Source of the DNA: Octopus vulgaris | Lineage: Eukaryota | Length of the DNA: 64,000 nucleotides | Reading direction: 5' to 3' | NCBI GenBank assembly: GCA_951406725.2 | Contig: OX597816.1 | Coordinates: forward strand, 108,500,001 to 108,564,000 | Shown here: positions 1 to 13,943 of the stretch, piece by piece | How the letters are laid out: each line of letters opens with the position of its first letter | Position numbering within the stretch: the first letter of the stretch is position 1 | The notes under the pieces: model-generated | Told to the model about the DNA's origin: nothing | What the model saw: the letters and a program-made list of their open reading frames with translations, nothing else | The model's database searches: none | Made by a program: the position numbers and the translations under genes

Positions 1-185
1 TTTATTTGTTTCAGTCATTTGACTGCAGCCATGCTGGGGTACCGCCTTCAGTCGAGAAAATCGACCCCAGGACTTACTCTTTGTAACCCTAGTACTTATC
101 GGTCACTTATGCCGAACCGCTAAGTTACGGGGACGTAAACACACCAGCATTGGTTGTCAAGCGATATTGGGGACGACAAACACAG
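1..185 (-). mobile_element. SINE family B 3' half (other tails at 2826-2972, 26215-26355, 39262-39350)
   Basis: tttgtttcagtcatttgactgcagccatgctgggg...gttacggggacgtaaacacaccagc. Confidence 0.8.
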
Positions 186-188
186 ATT

Positions 189-360
189 GCGGTATTTCGT
201 CTGTCGCTGTGTTCTGTGTTCAAATTTCGCCGAGGTCGATTTTGCTTTTCATCCTTTCGGAGTCGATAAATTAAGTACCAGTGAAACACTGGGGGTCGAT
301 GTAATCAACTAGTTCCCCACACTCCAAATTCCAGACCTTGTACCTTTAGTAGAAGGGATT
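189..360 (+). mobile_element. SINE family A (partial)
   Basis: gttcaaatttcgccgaggtcgattttgcttttcatcctttcggagtcgataaattaagtacc core. Confidence 0.8.
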
Positions 361-363
361 CTT

Positions 364-2312
<1,949 letters not shown>

Positions 2313-2664
2313 TAATATTTGTTTTTATGTCGAGCTATTGTAAAAACAATTTTTACATTAAATTGAAGAATTACTCAATGCGTTTTTGTAGAGTACTTGC
2401 TATTCCTCATATATATGGTTTCACTAGCGTCTTATGTTACTCTTTTTCTCTTTACCCCTCCTCTCGTTCTCTCTTTGTCTCTCTCATATCTCTCTGTCTT
2501 TTCTCTTTTTTTCTTTGTCCCTCTCTTTTTGGTTTTGATAGAGGTGTGGCATCGTGCGGAGTTCCTTGGTGTGAAGCTTTATATGACCTGCGACATTTGA
2601 TCATTTGCATAACGGGGAAAAGTCTATATATTGGAGCTTCAACATAGATTATTGTATTTATGGC

Positions 2665-2756
2665 GGGATACTGATGAGATGAATTTGCATGATTGCATAG
2701 TATCTCTACTTGTTATGCAATTATTTCGGCATTTTGCTGAAACGCGAGTATGTCCT
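2665..2756 (+). ncRNA. Type I hammerhead ribozyme-like motif with intact core
   Basis: GGGATA-CTGATGA-[stem II 2678-2738, including a 12-bp hairpin atgattgcatag/ttatgcaattat]-GAAAC-GCGA-GTA^TGTCCT; helix I GGGAUA/UGUCCU, helix III AC/GU closed by a GNRA loop, GUA cleavage triplet. Confidence 0.7.
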
Positions 2757-3584
2757 AAAAAGCTCCGACTATCACTTCTGGTTTTTGCTTATTTCTTCAT
2801 ATATATGTCTTTCACCTTTTATCTTCTATCTTTTACTTGTTTCATTCATTAGACTGCAGCCATGCTGGGACACCGTTTTGAAGAATTTTTGTCGAATGAA
2901 ACGAGACCCCCACCCCGCCAGTACTTATGTTTCTGTAAAGTCTGGTACTTACACTATCGGTCTTTTTTGACAAGATTTCTTTCCAGTGGGGTACTAGGCA
3001 AAATTTTGTTTCAATTTAGACGTGGAATTCACAGAGACGAGCATAAGAAATTACTCTATTAAATGCATACTACACCATCACCAAAACCCTAACATTCTCT
3101 CCAACGCCTCCGGCAAAAAGTTCAGTAAAAGAACAGCAGCCAAATCACAACCCAACCTCTTAAAAGAAAAGAAAAGAAAATTCGTTTAATAATGCGGTTC
3201 TGGATTCCTTGCACATCGATAAAAATACGGTATAGTCACGAGTGAAATTACTTTGATCATACATATATCTAATGAAGATTGACCTGGGACTAAACATTAA
3301 TGACAAACGCGTACACACATATAAAATAGACATAGTTACACACACCACTCTGTTTACACTAGTATTTTTTCCCTTAGTGTCTTTTAGTGTCTACAGGGAA
3401 GAGGTAAAGAGATTAATGAAGTCGCGATGTCAATGCTCATTTCTTGAACCCCTTCAACGTTACAGCATCTGATTGTGAAAGAGATTTGAACTGGTTAATT
3501 TTGTTTTTCTTAAGGGTCGCCAGGGATGAACGCTAGCTCTTTCTAGTAGCTTATAAAGTAATGAGTCTTAGTAAAAACGAAACT

Positions 3585-3795
3585 AAGCTGTCAGAATACG
3601 TTAATACACCAGACAAAATGCTTAACAACATTTCTTTTGACTTTAAGTTCTGAGTTCAAATGCCACCGGGGTTCACTTTGCCATTCATCCTTTGAGGACC
3701 GATAAATAAGTATCAACCAAGCACTGGGGTTGATGTAATCAACTTGCTCCTTCCCTTAAAATTACTGGCTTTGTGCCAAAATTTGAAACCAATAA
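3585..3795 (+). mobile_element. SINE family A (diverged)
   Basis: gttctgagttcaaatgcc...cattcatcctttgaggaccgataaataagt. Confidence 0.7.
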
Positions 3796-4162
3796 AACGA
3801 GTCGGTTCAATTCTTATTTCAAGTTACTGCACTCTCTATAGTTTAAGCATGGCATTTCTTTTCAGAGAGATGCTAGATATATGTTTATTAAATATAATGT
3901 TAATTTTGAGATTATTATTTCAAATGAATTTTAGGAATAACCGCAGGACATTTACTGATTAGGGAAACTCAGTGCTAAAATTTTCAAATTAATATTCACT
4001 AAATATCGCCTCACCGTGTATGTTTAACATCTAAATATGATTTTCGACGCATACTTATATATCTATGTGTACGTATATGACTATATAAGCACCTGCATAT
4101 GCGTGTTTCGCTGTCGGTGTGTGTGCATGAGTATGTATGTGTGTATATGTTTGTGCGTGCAT

Positions 4163-4202
<40 letters not shown>

Positions 4203-4704
4203 TTGAAAATATATACATATCTGCTATTTAATACCTAAAACTTATTCGTTCGATTGTCTCGAAGGTTTCATGATTTTCAAGAACAAAATTTCTCACGTAG
4301 CTTCAATCTATGAATTTATTTATTTATTTATTTATTACCTTTTTCATTCTATCACAATTTTTTTAACAGCTTCTTTCACCTTCTCTATCTCTATTTCGAA
4401 AGTCTGTCTGAAGTATCTTTTACAAAATTAACTCCCCTGTCGTTTCCGCTCTTCAATAGCTGAAACGTTTAGTTCACCCAATTTCAACAATTACCTTACT
4501 TAAAACCGATTTTTCGCTTTTATTTATTTATTTATTTATTTATTTGTGTTGCTAATTATTCACTCTACTCTTTCTATTTCTTCTTTCCTCTTCTAATTCA
4601 GATACACACATATGCATGCGCGCGCACATACACATATGCACACATATATATGCATATATATATATATCTATATACACACATATACATATACATATATATA
4701 TGAC

Positions 4705-4743
<39 letters not shown>

Positions 4744-6658
4744 TTGTGTGTGCAAAATAGATACATATGTACTCCATGGGGCATATCTAATTCGCATAAA
4801 CGACGTAGTTTTCACTAAGTGTGCTCCATAACTGATTAAGAATATACACGCGCGCACGCACACACACACATACACACAAAAGTATGTGTGTATATGTGTG
4901 CGCGCGAGCGCGTATGTGTGTGTGTGTTGAGAGAAAGAGATTAAGAACGAGAAAGAGATTTAAGAAGATGCAACATGATGCAACACATGCGCAAATTATT
5001 TTTTTATTTTAATTTTTAATCTTTTTTATTCTAATTTTTATTTTTTTATTCGTTCTCTTTCTCTTTCTGTCTTCCATTTTGCTTTCCTTCTGTATTTCAG
5101 AAAAGCTTCCATTTCTTTTTTTTTTTCTTTCTTCTTTCTTCTTTCTTCTTTCTTCTTCCTCCTATATTATATCACTCTTTCCGACATTAACTCGTTTTCT
5201 TCCTTTTTATAGTTTCATTTACTTAATAATACTGTCCTCTTCTGTTCATTCATTCTTTCTTAACTCTCTTCGATATATTTGATAAAGCAAATTCCAACGA
5301 AAGGATTAAAAAAAAGGGGAAGAAACAACTGAATTGATTCCATATGAATGTATAAGAGTGTGTAATAGTAATATGTTAATAACTTTTGCGTCGGCATAAA
5401 CTATATGAGAGAAATTGCTTACCGTACTTTCCGACATACAAGTTGAAATTTTCAGACCAAACTTTGTAGCAAAAAAACGAAGGTCGACTGAAAATGTCTA
5501 CTTAATTAGTGCTAATAATTTAGGGCTAAATAACAGCAACCATAAAAACATCGACAACAACCTATTCATTGGAGACACTAAACTCTCCAGTTTCAAGAGC
5601 TTTAGTGTCTCGTCAGGTACAGTATACTCTCATTCTTGCCTTTACTCTTTCCCACAAAATAGACGCTCCCTCTCCCACTGAAACTGACTGAACTATAGTA
5701 TTTTTCTGTAGATAATTGTCGTTAAGTGCTGTATTTTTCTGGCATTCAAGTCGAATTTTTAAGATCAAAATTTGTAGCCAAAACAGAGGGGTCGAGACGA
5801 CCTTGGAGACTAAAAGTTCCATGATAAATGCAGCATGATTTGGAAAGATAGCGACGATGTTGGAATGTTTACACTGCATGTTTATGCTATATAGTATGTT
5901 TCCTGTACCATATCAATTTTGTTCACTCTTATACAGATACATACATATATAGATGCATGCATACATATAAACATAACACGCATACAATCATAAATACATA
6001 CATACATGCATGCATGCATATATCATTCATACATACAGACAGACAGACAGACGTAGGAGTAGCTGTGTGGTAAGTAGCTTGCTTACTGCGCATGAGCGAG
6101 ACAAAGTTGTGTTTGACACCGAAGCGGTAAGACGTGCTTTTGAAGACTTTTGAAACTCAGCTGTAAGGTAAGACTTTCTTCTGTCTAGTGAGAGTCTGTT
6201 GTATGTCGCAATTATTTTTACAAATAAGAAGTCCTCACTAGACGCTAGTCTGCCTGTGGCTGAGTGAAAATATTTTTCACTTAATTGTGAAAATTATTGG
6301 TTTATATATATGGTCCATGTGGGGTATAAGGATAGGGTATTTCCAATGAAGCACTCAAATCGAGTTTTGGGCAGCCAACACTGTTGGATTCCAAACAAAT
6401 ACCGAAATTCTTCAGTTGTAGAAAATCCTGGCTTCACGCCAGTCAAACCTTTGTATGGGTATAGCGAACAGTAAAATATAATCCAAATAACAGTGCCACT
6501 CTAATGTCTAAAACCGCAAATACTACGTAAATTTTCGCTTGGAATTTTTGCGTAAAGAGTTAGTACAGAAACAATTGTAACTGATCATTAAAAATGTGTT
6601 AAAGTAATACTTTGTCTTATTATTTGGAGTAGGTATATATACACATACATACATAGTA

Positions 6659-6717
6659 TATAGACAGACAGACAGACAGACAGACATACAGACATACAGA
6701 CAGACAGATAGACAGAC

Positions 6718-6808
<91 letters not shown>
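6659..6808. repeat. (GACA)n/(GATA)n microsatellite
   Basis: Direct inspection. Confidence 0.95.
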
Positions 6809-6809
<1 letters not shown>

Positions 6810-8059
6810 GGGTGAAAGAAAATGCAATGAATGACATTGCAAATAAAATACAATATTCAGACATATGGGTAAAATAAAACCTCCCCACTTATATCCATTT
6901 ATATATCCACACATCCACACATATGTACATATAACATGCATTCTTACTATTTTTACTATATATCTTAATATTAATATAGGCTAGGTCTAACGCATATACA
7001 AGTTAGTGTATATAGTTTGATATATACGTATATATATATATATGTGTGTGTGTGTGTGCGTGTGTATATATACACACATACTTCTTACATTTAACTGTTT
7101 TTAAAGACTGAGATAAATGGATACAGTATAAAGATTTTTTTTTTACTTTATCATATTGTATTACCTATTTCTGTTTTTTAAAGACGTGTACACATGTGCA
7201 TATATAAATAGATATATACATGTATTTTTTGTTCTTTATTTTACTTTCTTTTATTTCTGCTTTTTTTTAAATGCTAAGTATGTATATAAGAAGTGTTTAC
7301 GTATGCATATATAAATAGATGTATGTATATATATCTCGTTGTGTCTTGCAAACGAGATACAAAAACAATGTGTATATATATATTGAATTTTACTTTATTA
7401 TATCGTATTTTTCCTGGCTCTGTAATAGTAAGAATATATGTAAGAAGTATATATATGCGCATATATAAATAGATACATATGTATATTTAAAACTATACAC
7501 AACTTTGCATGTGGGTTAGACACTTTTAACTCAGCATATATAAACAATGACATAAACTGCAAAAGTGTTAAGACTATATGTAAGAAGTGTATATGCATAC
7601 CCATATATAATATATGTGTGTGTATGATATATGTGTGTGTATGAAGGTATATACACTATCTTGTAGGTGGGTATATGGAAGAATATGTATGTATAACGGA
7701 GCGGAGTATACCTACTAACTTGTTTCTCTAATTGTTTCGACAAAGAATATAAAAGCTAGACGGTAATAAACTTTGAACAGAGGCTGATTAGAGTGTAAAA
7801 CGGAGTTGTTTTGTGACGAATGACAGATGGTAATTAAGCTCCTTCAAATAAACAAAGAAACAGTTGATAAGTACAGAAATGGTCGGCCTTCTTCATTTAT
7901 CACTAATATCTGTAAATGCTTAATTTTATTCTTCATTTTATTTTTCATTCTGTTTTGCAAATTCTTCTTTATAATCTGACCATGAAGATAGGATTGTATG
8001 TAATTTGTACTAAACCTTATCCCCTTTTTTGTTTCGTCTATTTCTTTATTTCCGTATTT

Positions 8060-9085
8060 TGTATTTTGATTATAATTGTATTTTGTCTGTCACTATATCT
8101 ATGGGTTTAACTATGTCTATAAACAGCTGAAAATAACACAGTGCTTTGGATATGCATTTTCACACTGAGTGAAATGGAGATTTCGAAGAAGTTGCTCGTA
8201 GTTATCTTCTTTCTCTTTGATCTTCAACGAGATATTCATATCACCAGAAAAGCTGACCTCTATGCCGGTACATACTTTTTCATGTCTGTCCCATACAAGA
8301 TTATTCAGCCTATTGTGTTTACATTTGACAGATAGGAATGTTCCACCAGTATTCTTTGTGTTGATGCTTGTGTATGTATTCAATAATAGGGGAATTCTCT
8401 ATATTTATTCCAGGATAGTTTTTGTATATTGGCATTGTATATTGTTTTTGCGACATCGTGTTGCATAGAGAGGACGTAACACGATAACATTTTTGGGAAG
8501 CTGCTAATCACATGCGTTATGTCTTCCACAGAAATATGACGTAATCTATATTTTCGATTACATCTTTGAAATCCAGGGGATTCTCTGTCTCTTTTGTTTG
8601 TTAAATATTCAGTAGCAGTCTCCTGTTCTTTGATTGTAAATGCATAGCCTTCGAAGTGGGATGTAATGTAGCGGTAACAAGTCCACAAGAAGCTCGCTTC
8701 ATATCGATGTCACTGTCTTCTTCAGATCTTCAGGAAACATATCCATCTGTGTTTTTTTTTTCTTTTAAGCTGAGCGTTTCACATCCAGGTCTTCTTTGAA
8801 GTATGCTAGTCAAGTTGATTTAGAGTTGTATGGGAAATCTTCAAACGGAGAGTGGTTCCTGGGAAGCAAGCTTCCAACACATAAGGTATTGTTCTCTTCT
8901 CTTTTCAGTACTAAGTTAATGAATTTATTTTTGCTGCTGTCTGAGAGACATTCGAAGGTTGTCTGCACTGATCTCAAGCCTCTATCTCCTTCATCTCCTC
9001 TTAGATAGAGGTACCTTTAGCATTCTTTGTGTGGGACAGGAGAGATAGTGAGGCCACATTGATGCACAGGTTTTAGGTTTGGGTA
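8060..9085 (-). mobile_element. Older, frameshifted R4/Dong-like LINE remnant
   Basis: ORF fragments SHFEGYAFTIKEQE...EDITHVISS...HDVAKTIY and KCKHNR...VWDR...KEKEDNY parallel the 15.8-kb copy; abuts (TATG)n at 9093. Confidence 0.8.
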
Positions 9086-9092
9086 ACTGATT

Positions 9093-9106
9093 TGTATGTA
9101 TGTATG

Positions 9107-9138
<32 letters not shown>

Positions 9139-9630
9139 TGTATGTATGTATGTATGTATGTATGTATGTATGTATGTATGTATGTATGTATGTATGTATG
9201 TATGTATGTGTATGTGTATGTGTGTATGTATGTATATGTGTAAGTATATGTAGGTGTGTGTATGTATATGTATGTATGTATGTATGTATGTATATATGTA
9301 TGTATGAATGTATTTTGTATGCGTATGTACTTATGTATGTGTGTATATATATATATGTATTTATGTATGTGTGTGTGTACGTGTATATGTATGTATCTAT
9401 GTATGTATGTACGTACGTCATTATTCACTTTATTTCAAGATTTCTTGCCATTAGAGAAAAGGCCAGTTTCTAACCTTGATCCAAGTCTTTCATTGGAATT
9501 TCAGCAACATCAACAGGGTACCTTTGTTTGTATGTATGTATGTATGTATGTATGTATGTATGTATGTATGTATGTATGTATGTATGTATGTATGTATGTA
9601 TGTATGTATGTATGTATGTATGTATGTATG
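9093..9630. repeat. Long (TATG)n microsatellite blocks separated by a ~110-bp insert
   Basis: Direct inspection. Confidence 0.95.
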
Positions 9631-9649
9631 TTTTGTTTTATGTATGTAT

Positions 9650-10175
9650 TCTCATGTATATACTTGTATGTCTAGACATGCTCATATATATTTTACTGAT
9701 AAACTTCTGGAAAGTTTTATAGATTTTTGCAGTTCCAGTGATGGCTTGGATCTGTAGTCTTCGAATCAGCTTTCTCCTTTCTGATTTTGAGAAGCCTAAT
9801 TTCTCAAAAGTAGTATATAGACAATGTGTTACATATCCCAGTGCCCCAATAATTACAGGTACACAGTTTCTCTTCTCTATCCCAAATCATTATATCAGGT
9901 CTGTTGTGTTTACGTTTTATTGAGGTTTTCACAATGACATTCTACCATTTTTTTATTATGACTAGCTATGGCTTCTACCATACTGTGGGCTCTTATTTCT
10001 ATGTCCTCGGGGTTATCCTTCCGATGGATTTCATTATATAGTGTTCTAGCTACAGCATTATGTCCCATCAGTAGATAATACCGTGATGACATTTTCGGAC
10101 ATCTCCAGTGTTAACTCCACAAAATCTGCACCGGTTGTCACATTTTACTGTTTTTCCTGCATCACTTCTATCTCC
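9650..10175 (-). mobile_element. Shorter, internally deleted copy of the same R4/Dong-like LINE 3' end
   Basis: High nucleotide similarity to 15720-16400 (gataaacttctggaaagtttta..., ctatcccaaatcattatatcaggtctgttgtgttta); 3' end abuts (TATG)n 9529-9630. Confidence 0.85.
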
Positions 10176-11355
10176 TTCTTACCTTTTAGTTGATGAGGCG
10201 TATAGTGATTTATTTGTTTGCACGCAATGGCTGATGGTCTTCTTTAAATCAGCTATCTTTTTCTGTCTTCAAAACCTATGATGGAACTTTGTTGATTTGG
10301 TTTTGTTCACTTTTTGAATGTCGTTCATGTACTGCTTTGCAGTAGTAGACAGCGCTATAAACAGGCATTAATCTGACAGAATGAGGGTTCATTACACTAC
10401 TGTAAATACTCCTCTCTCATTTCGTTAGCAGCTTTTAATGCCGTATTTTTACTGACTTTGGTAGAGAATACGGATCTTTTCTGTTTGAATATATTAATAT
10501 TAATCTCTTCAATTCCTGCTCGAATTGATTTCATATTCAGCGTAATGATATGGTCTTATATGCTAATCACTGCTTTGAAATTCATTTTCGTAATAAATAA
10601 ACAACTAAAGAGTTATTAGCTTTTAAAGTTTGAAAATTGTAGGTAAGTTTAGTCAATCGTAAGTCACAGACACATTCTTGCCTGTTTCCATAGTAACAAG
10701 TCAACAAGTCAAACAGGAGAACTCTTTTGTCTGCGACAGCAAGGAATATATTCTACGCACATGTGTTCACAAATATATTCTACGCGAAACCAAGTGTTTG
10801 ACACTGTATTCTGTTGTTTGTGCCCTTTTTTTTTTTTTTTTTTTTTTTGCATAATCGTATGAATTTCCGTGTGTAGAATACAAATTCACAAAGCTTTTCA
10901 GAAAGTGTGTAATTCATTTGTTGACAGTTTCATTTAAAATCATTTTCGGAATATTGACAACACGTGCTTTTTCAGGATGTTGACAAAATTAATGATTTGT
11001 AAGTACGTGGTACATCGTTATGCATACATAATATACTACAAAATATACAAAAGGTTTTTATAATTCAATATTACGTTCTACTGCCAGCATTGATTTTTGC
11101 TAAAACGTTTCGTATCAAGACATCAAATGTAAACAAGCAATGAGATCGCAGACAAAAATGGGTAAATGAGTGTATGCGCCATATTTCGGGGGTTCTTTCC
11201 TCTCCATCAGAACCTATCTAACCCATTCTCGCCTCCGAACATATTGTTTATATCGCTTCTGCATACAGCGGTGTTAAGTTATTGGATATACTTAACCACT
11301 ACTAAGAGCACGGGCTTACTAACCCCAAGATTCCGAGTTCGATTCCAGGCAGTAT

Positions 11356-11404
<49 letters not shown>

Positions 11405-11405
<1 letters not shown>

Positions 11406-11675
11406 TTTTGTTTTTGGATTTGGTTTGCAAGATTCTTTATATGAGTTCGTGTGTTGAAGCATATTCTGTTGTGTCTGGGGAGAGTCATTCTCTTTTAGTG
11501 CCTTATTATTTAACACACTCACCGGTAAAATTGAGAGTCAAGACTATTGAAAAGGTTGCAAGACGCAACGAAAATTTTAGGAAAATATAAAAAAAAGAAA
11601 AAAAGTGGAAATTTTACCGGTGAGTGTGTTAAATAATAAGGCACTAAAAGAAAATGACTCTCCCCAGACACAACA

Positions 11676-11680
<5 letters not shown>
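11405..11680. mobile_element. Penelope-like non-autonomous element with 71-bp inverted repeat, inserted in (AAT)n
   Basis: Arms 11462-11532 and 11610-11680 (1 mismatch); hammerhead-like motif in the spacer; another copy at 35071-35205; flanked by (AAT)n. Confidence 0.55.
11544..11580 (+). ncRNA. Minimal hammerhead-like motif, U3-A8 covariant core
   Basis: CTA-TTGAAAA-G-GTTGC aagac GCAAC-GAAA-ATTT^TAG; palindromic helix III AAUU; helix I only 3 bp. Confidence 0.45.
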
Positions 11681-11732
<52 letters not shown>

Positions 11733-11735
<3 letters not shown>

Positions 11736-11915
11736 CAACATCGAAAAATACCTTAGGAATGAGAACCCAGGTTCGAAATTTTCCCAAGACACCTGATGAG
11801 CCGAAACATTGTGTTAACAACAAACAAGATGGGGACAAATATCCGTCAAATGTAAATAATGTAAATATTGTAAATAATGTACATAGTTCCCCATCTCTTA
11901 AATATAGAACTGTAT
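11733..11915 (+). mobile_element. Penelope-like pLTR fragment with collapsed hammerhead
   Basis: gacac-CTGATGA-gcc-GAAAC-att-gtgtt at 11788-11815; follows (AAT)n; ends in short gtaaataat tandem repeats. Confidence 0.5.
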
Positions 11916-12171
11916 AATACTCCTAAAATATGGCATATACACTCGTTACTCATTTTCGTCTTCGATTTCATTGTTCGTTTATATCTGACGTCTCGATACG
12001 AAACGTTGTAGCAAAAATCAGTGCTTGCTATAATTTCTATAATACCTGTAAAAATAACGTTGACAAAATGTACAGTCACGCACAAAATGACAGCTTCCAA
12101 ATCCTGTTTTCTGACTGAGTGGTAATTTATCAAACTTTAACCTGTAACGTACAAAGTGTACGCTACAAACT

Positions 12172-12383
12172 TCTTTACTCTTTTACTTGTTTCAGTCATT
12201 TGACTGCGGCCATGCTGGAGCACCGCCTTCATAGTCCAGCAAATCGACCCCAAAGCTTATTCTTTGCAAGCCTAGTACTTATTCTATCGGTCTCTTTTGC
12301 TGAACCGCCAAGTTACGGGGACCTAAACACACCAGCATTGGTTGTCAAGTGATGCTGGGGGACACACACACACATACATACAC

Positions 12384-12443
<60 letters not shown>

Positions 12444-12605
12444 CCGAAAAGCTTCTTCCAGTTTCCGTCTACCAAATCCACTCACAAGGTTTTGGTCGGA
12501 CCGAGGTTATAGTAGAAGACACTTTGCCCAAGGTGCCATGCAGTGGAACTGAACCCGGAACCATGTAGTTGTTAAGCAAGCTACTTACCACACAGCCACT
12601 CCTCT
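12172..12605 (-). mobile_element. tRNA-derived SINE family B (CORE-like), full length with internal (TA)n/(CA)n
   Basis: Minus strand ggagtggctgtgtggtaagtagcttgc...ggttccgggttcagttcc...ccttgggcaaagtgtcttc...gactgaaacaagtaaaagag. Confidence 0.85.
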
Positions 12606-12779
12606 ATAACTTTTTTTAAAGAATTTTCTGAAATTCAGCTTGGAAAACTGCATTAATGTACATTAATGTACATATTTTAAAATTTTCAGTGAACTTTGAA
12701 TTTTCGAAAACTGGCAGCCAAACTGCTTCGCAGTACAATGATTTAATTCCGGATGCAGATCGTCCCAATTTTATTTCGT

Positions 12780-13026
12780 GGAGGCACGTGGCTTAGTGGT
12801 TAGGGTGTCAACACCATGATCGTAAGATTGTGGTTTCAATTCCTGGACAAGTCGACGCGTTGTGTTCTTGAGCAAAACACTTCATTTCACGGTACACCAG
12901 TTCACTCAGCTGGCAAAAATGAGTAATGCTGCAATGGACTGACGTCCCGTCCAGCTGGGGAACACATACGCCACAGAAACCGGGAAACCGGGCCCATGAG
13001 CCTGGCTAGGCTTTAAAAGGGCGCAT
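12780..13026 (+). mobile_element. tRNA-derived SINE family C
   Basis: A-box tggcttagtgg, B-box-like gtttcaattcc, central ctgcaatggactgacgtcccgtccag, tail gaaaccgggaaaccgggcccatgagcc. Confidence 0.8.
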
Positions 13027-13033
13027 TTATTTG

Positions 13034-13330
13034 TGGAGACACATGGCCTAGTGGTTAGAGCAGCGGACTCGCGGTCGAGGGATCGCGGGTTCGAATCTCA
13101 GACCGGGCGATGTGTGTGTGTATGAGTGAAACACCTAAGCTCCACGCGGCTCCGGCAGAAGGTAATTGTGAACTTCTGCTGACTCTTTCGCCACAACTTT
13201 CTCTCACTCTTTCCTCCTGCATCTTGCAACTCACCTGCGACGGACCGGCGTCCCGTCCAGGTGAGGAACCTATACGCTAAGGAAACCGGGAAACCGGCCC
13301 TATGAGCCAGGCGTGGCTCGAGAAGGAACA
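13034..13330 (+). mobile_element. tRNA-derived SINE sharing the family C 3' module but with a different head and middle
   Basis: A-box tggcctagtgg, B-box ggttcgaatct; ctgcgacggaccggcgtcccgtccag...gaaaccgggaaaccggccctatgagcc. Confidence 0.8.
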
Positions 13331-13943
13331 ATATTATTTCAATCTATTCATATATCCAACAACAGGGCTTTGTTTCGCTTTTATGAAACAGTTAAATTGG
13401 TGAGTATTCAATTCATAACTCCAAGAAAAATGAGTTTTGTAATTACGGTTTCTTCTATAACAACAGCTAGAAAGAATCTGTTTATCTGTTGAATTGTTGT
13501 TTTGGTTCTGTTCCTCGGTTGTGTTGTTGCTGATGTTGTGGCCAGCCATGTTGTTTGGAGTAACTCTCTGCAAGGTAAATTCAAGTGTCAGTCGAAAATC
13601 ACTACGACCGTAATTAAAAGGCTCCCTCAGTTAATTTATCAGAAGATTAACCAATCATTTAACAAGACTGATAGTTGTGGCTCCAAAATTGAAGATGAGG
13701 TTCTAGGGAAATTCGCCGTAAATATTTTTGCCACAGGAAAACTCGCCTCAGTAATTATCGCCGTAGGAAACTTTGCAGCTTAGGAAATTTTGCCGTAAGA
13801 TAATTTCGCAGTATAGATAATTTCGAAGATATGGTACACGACCTGATTTAGAGAAATTGGAGCTCAGAAAAAAATTGCTTTTATATATGTTTTAGATTTA
13901 ACTTTTTTTTTTTGTTCTTTGGTAGTGTTATATTTATATTGTA

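Noticed and set aside
13034-13105. Possible tRNA gene
   Set aside because: Has A/B boxes but no closing acceptor stem, and continues into a SINE body
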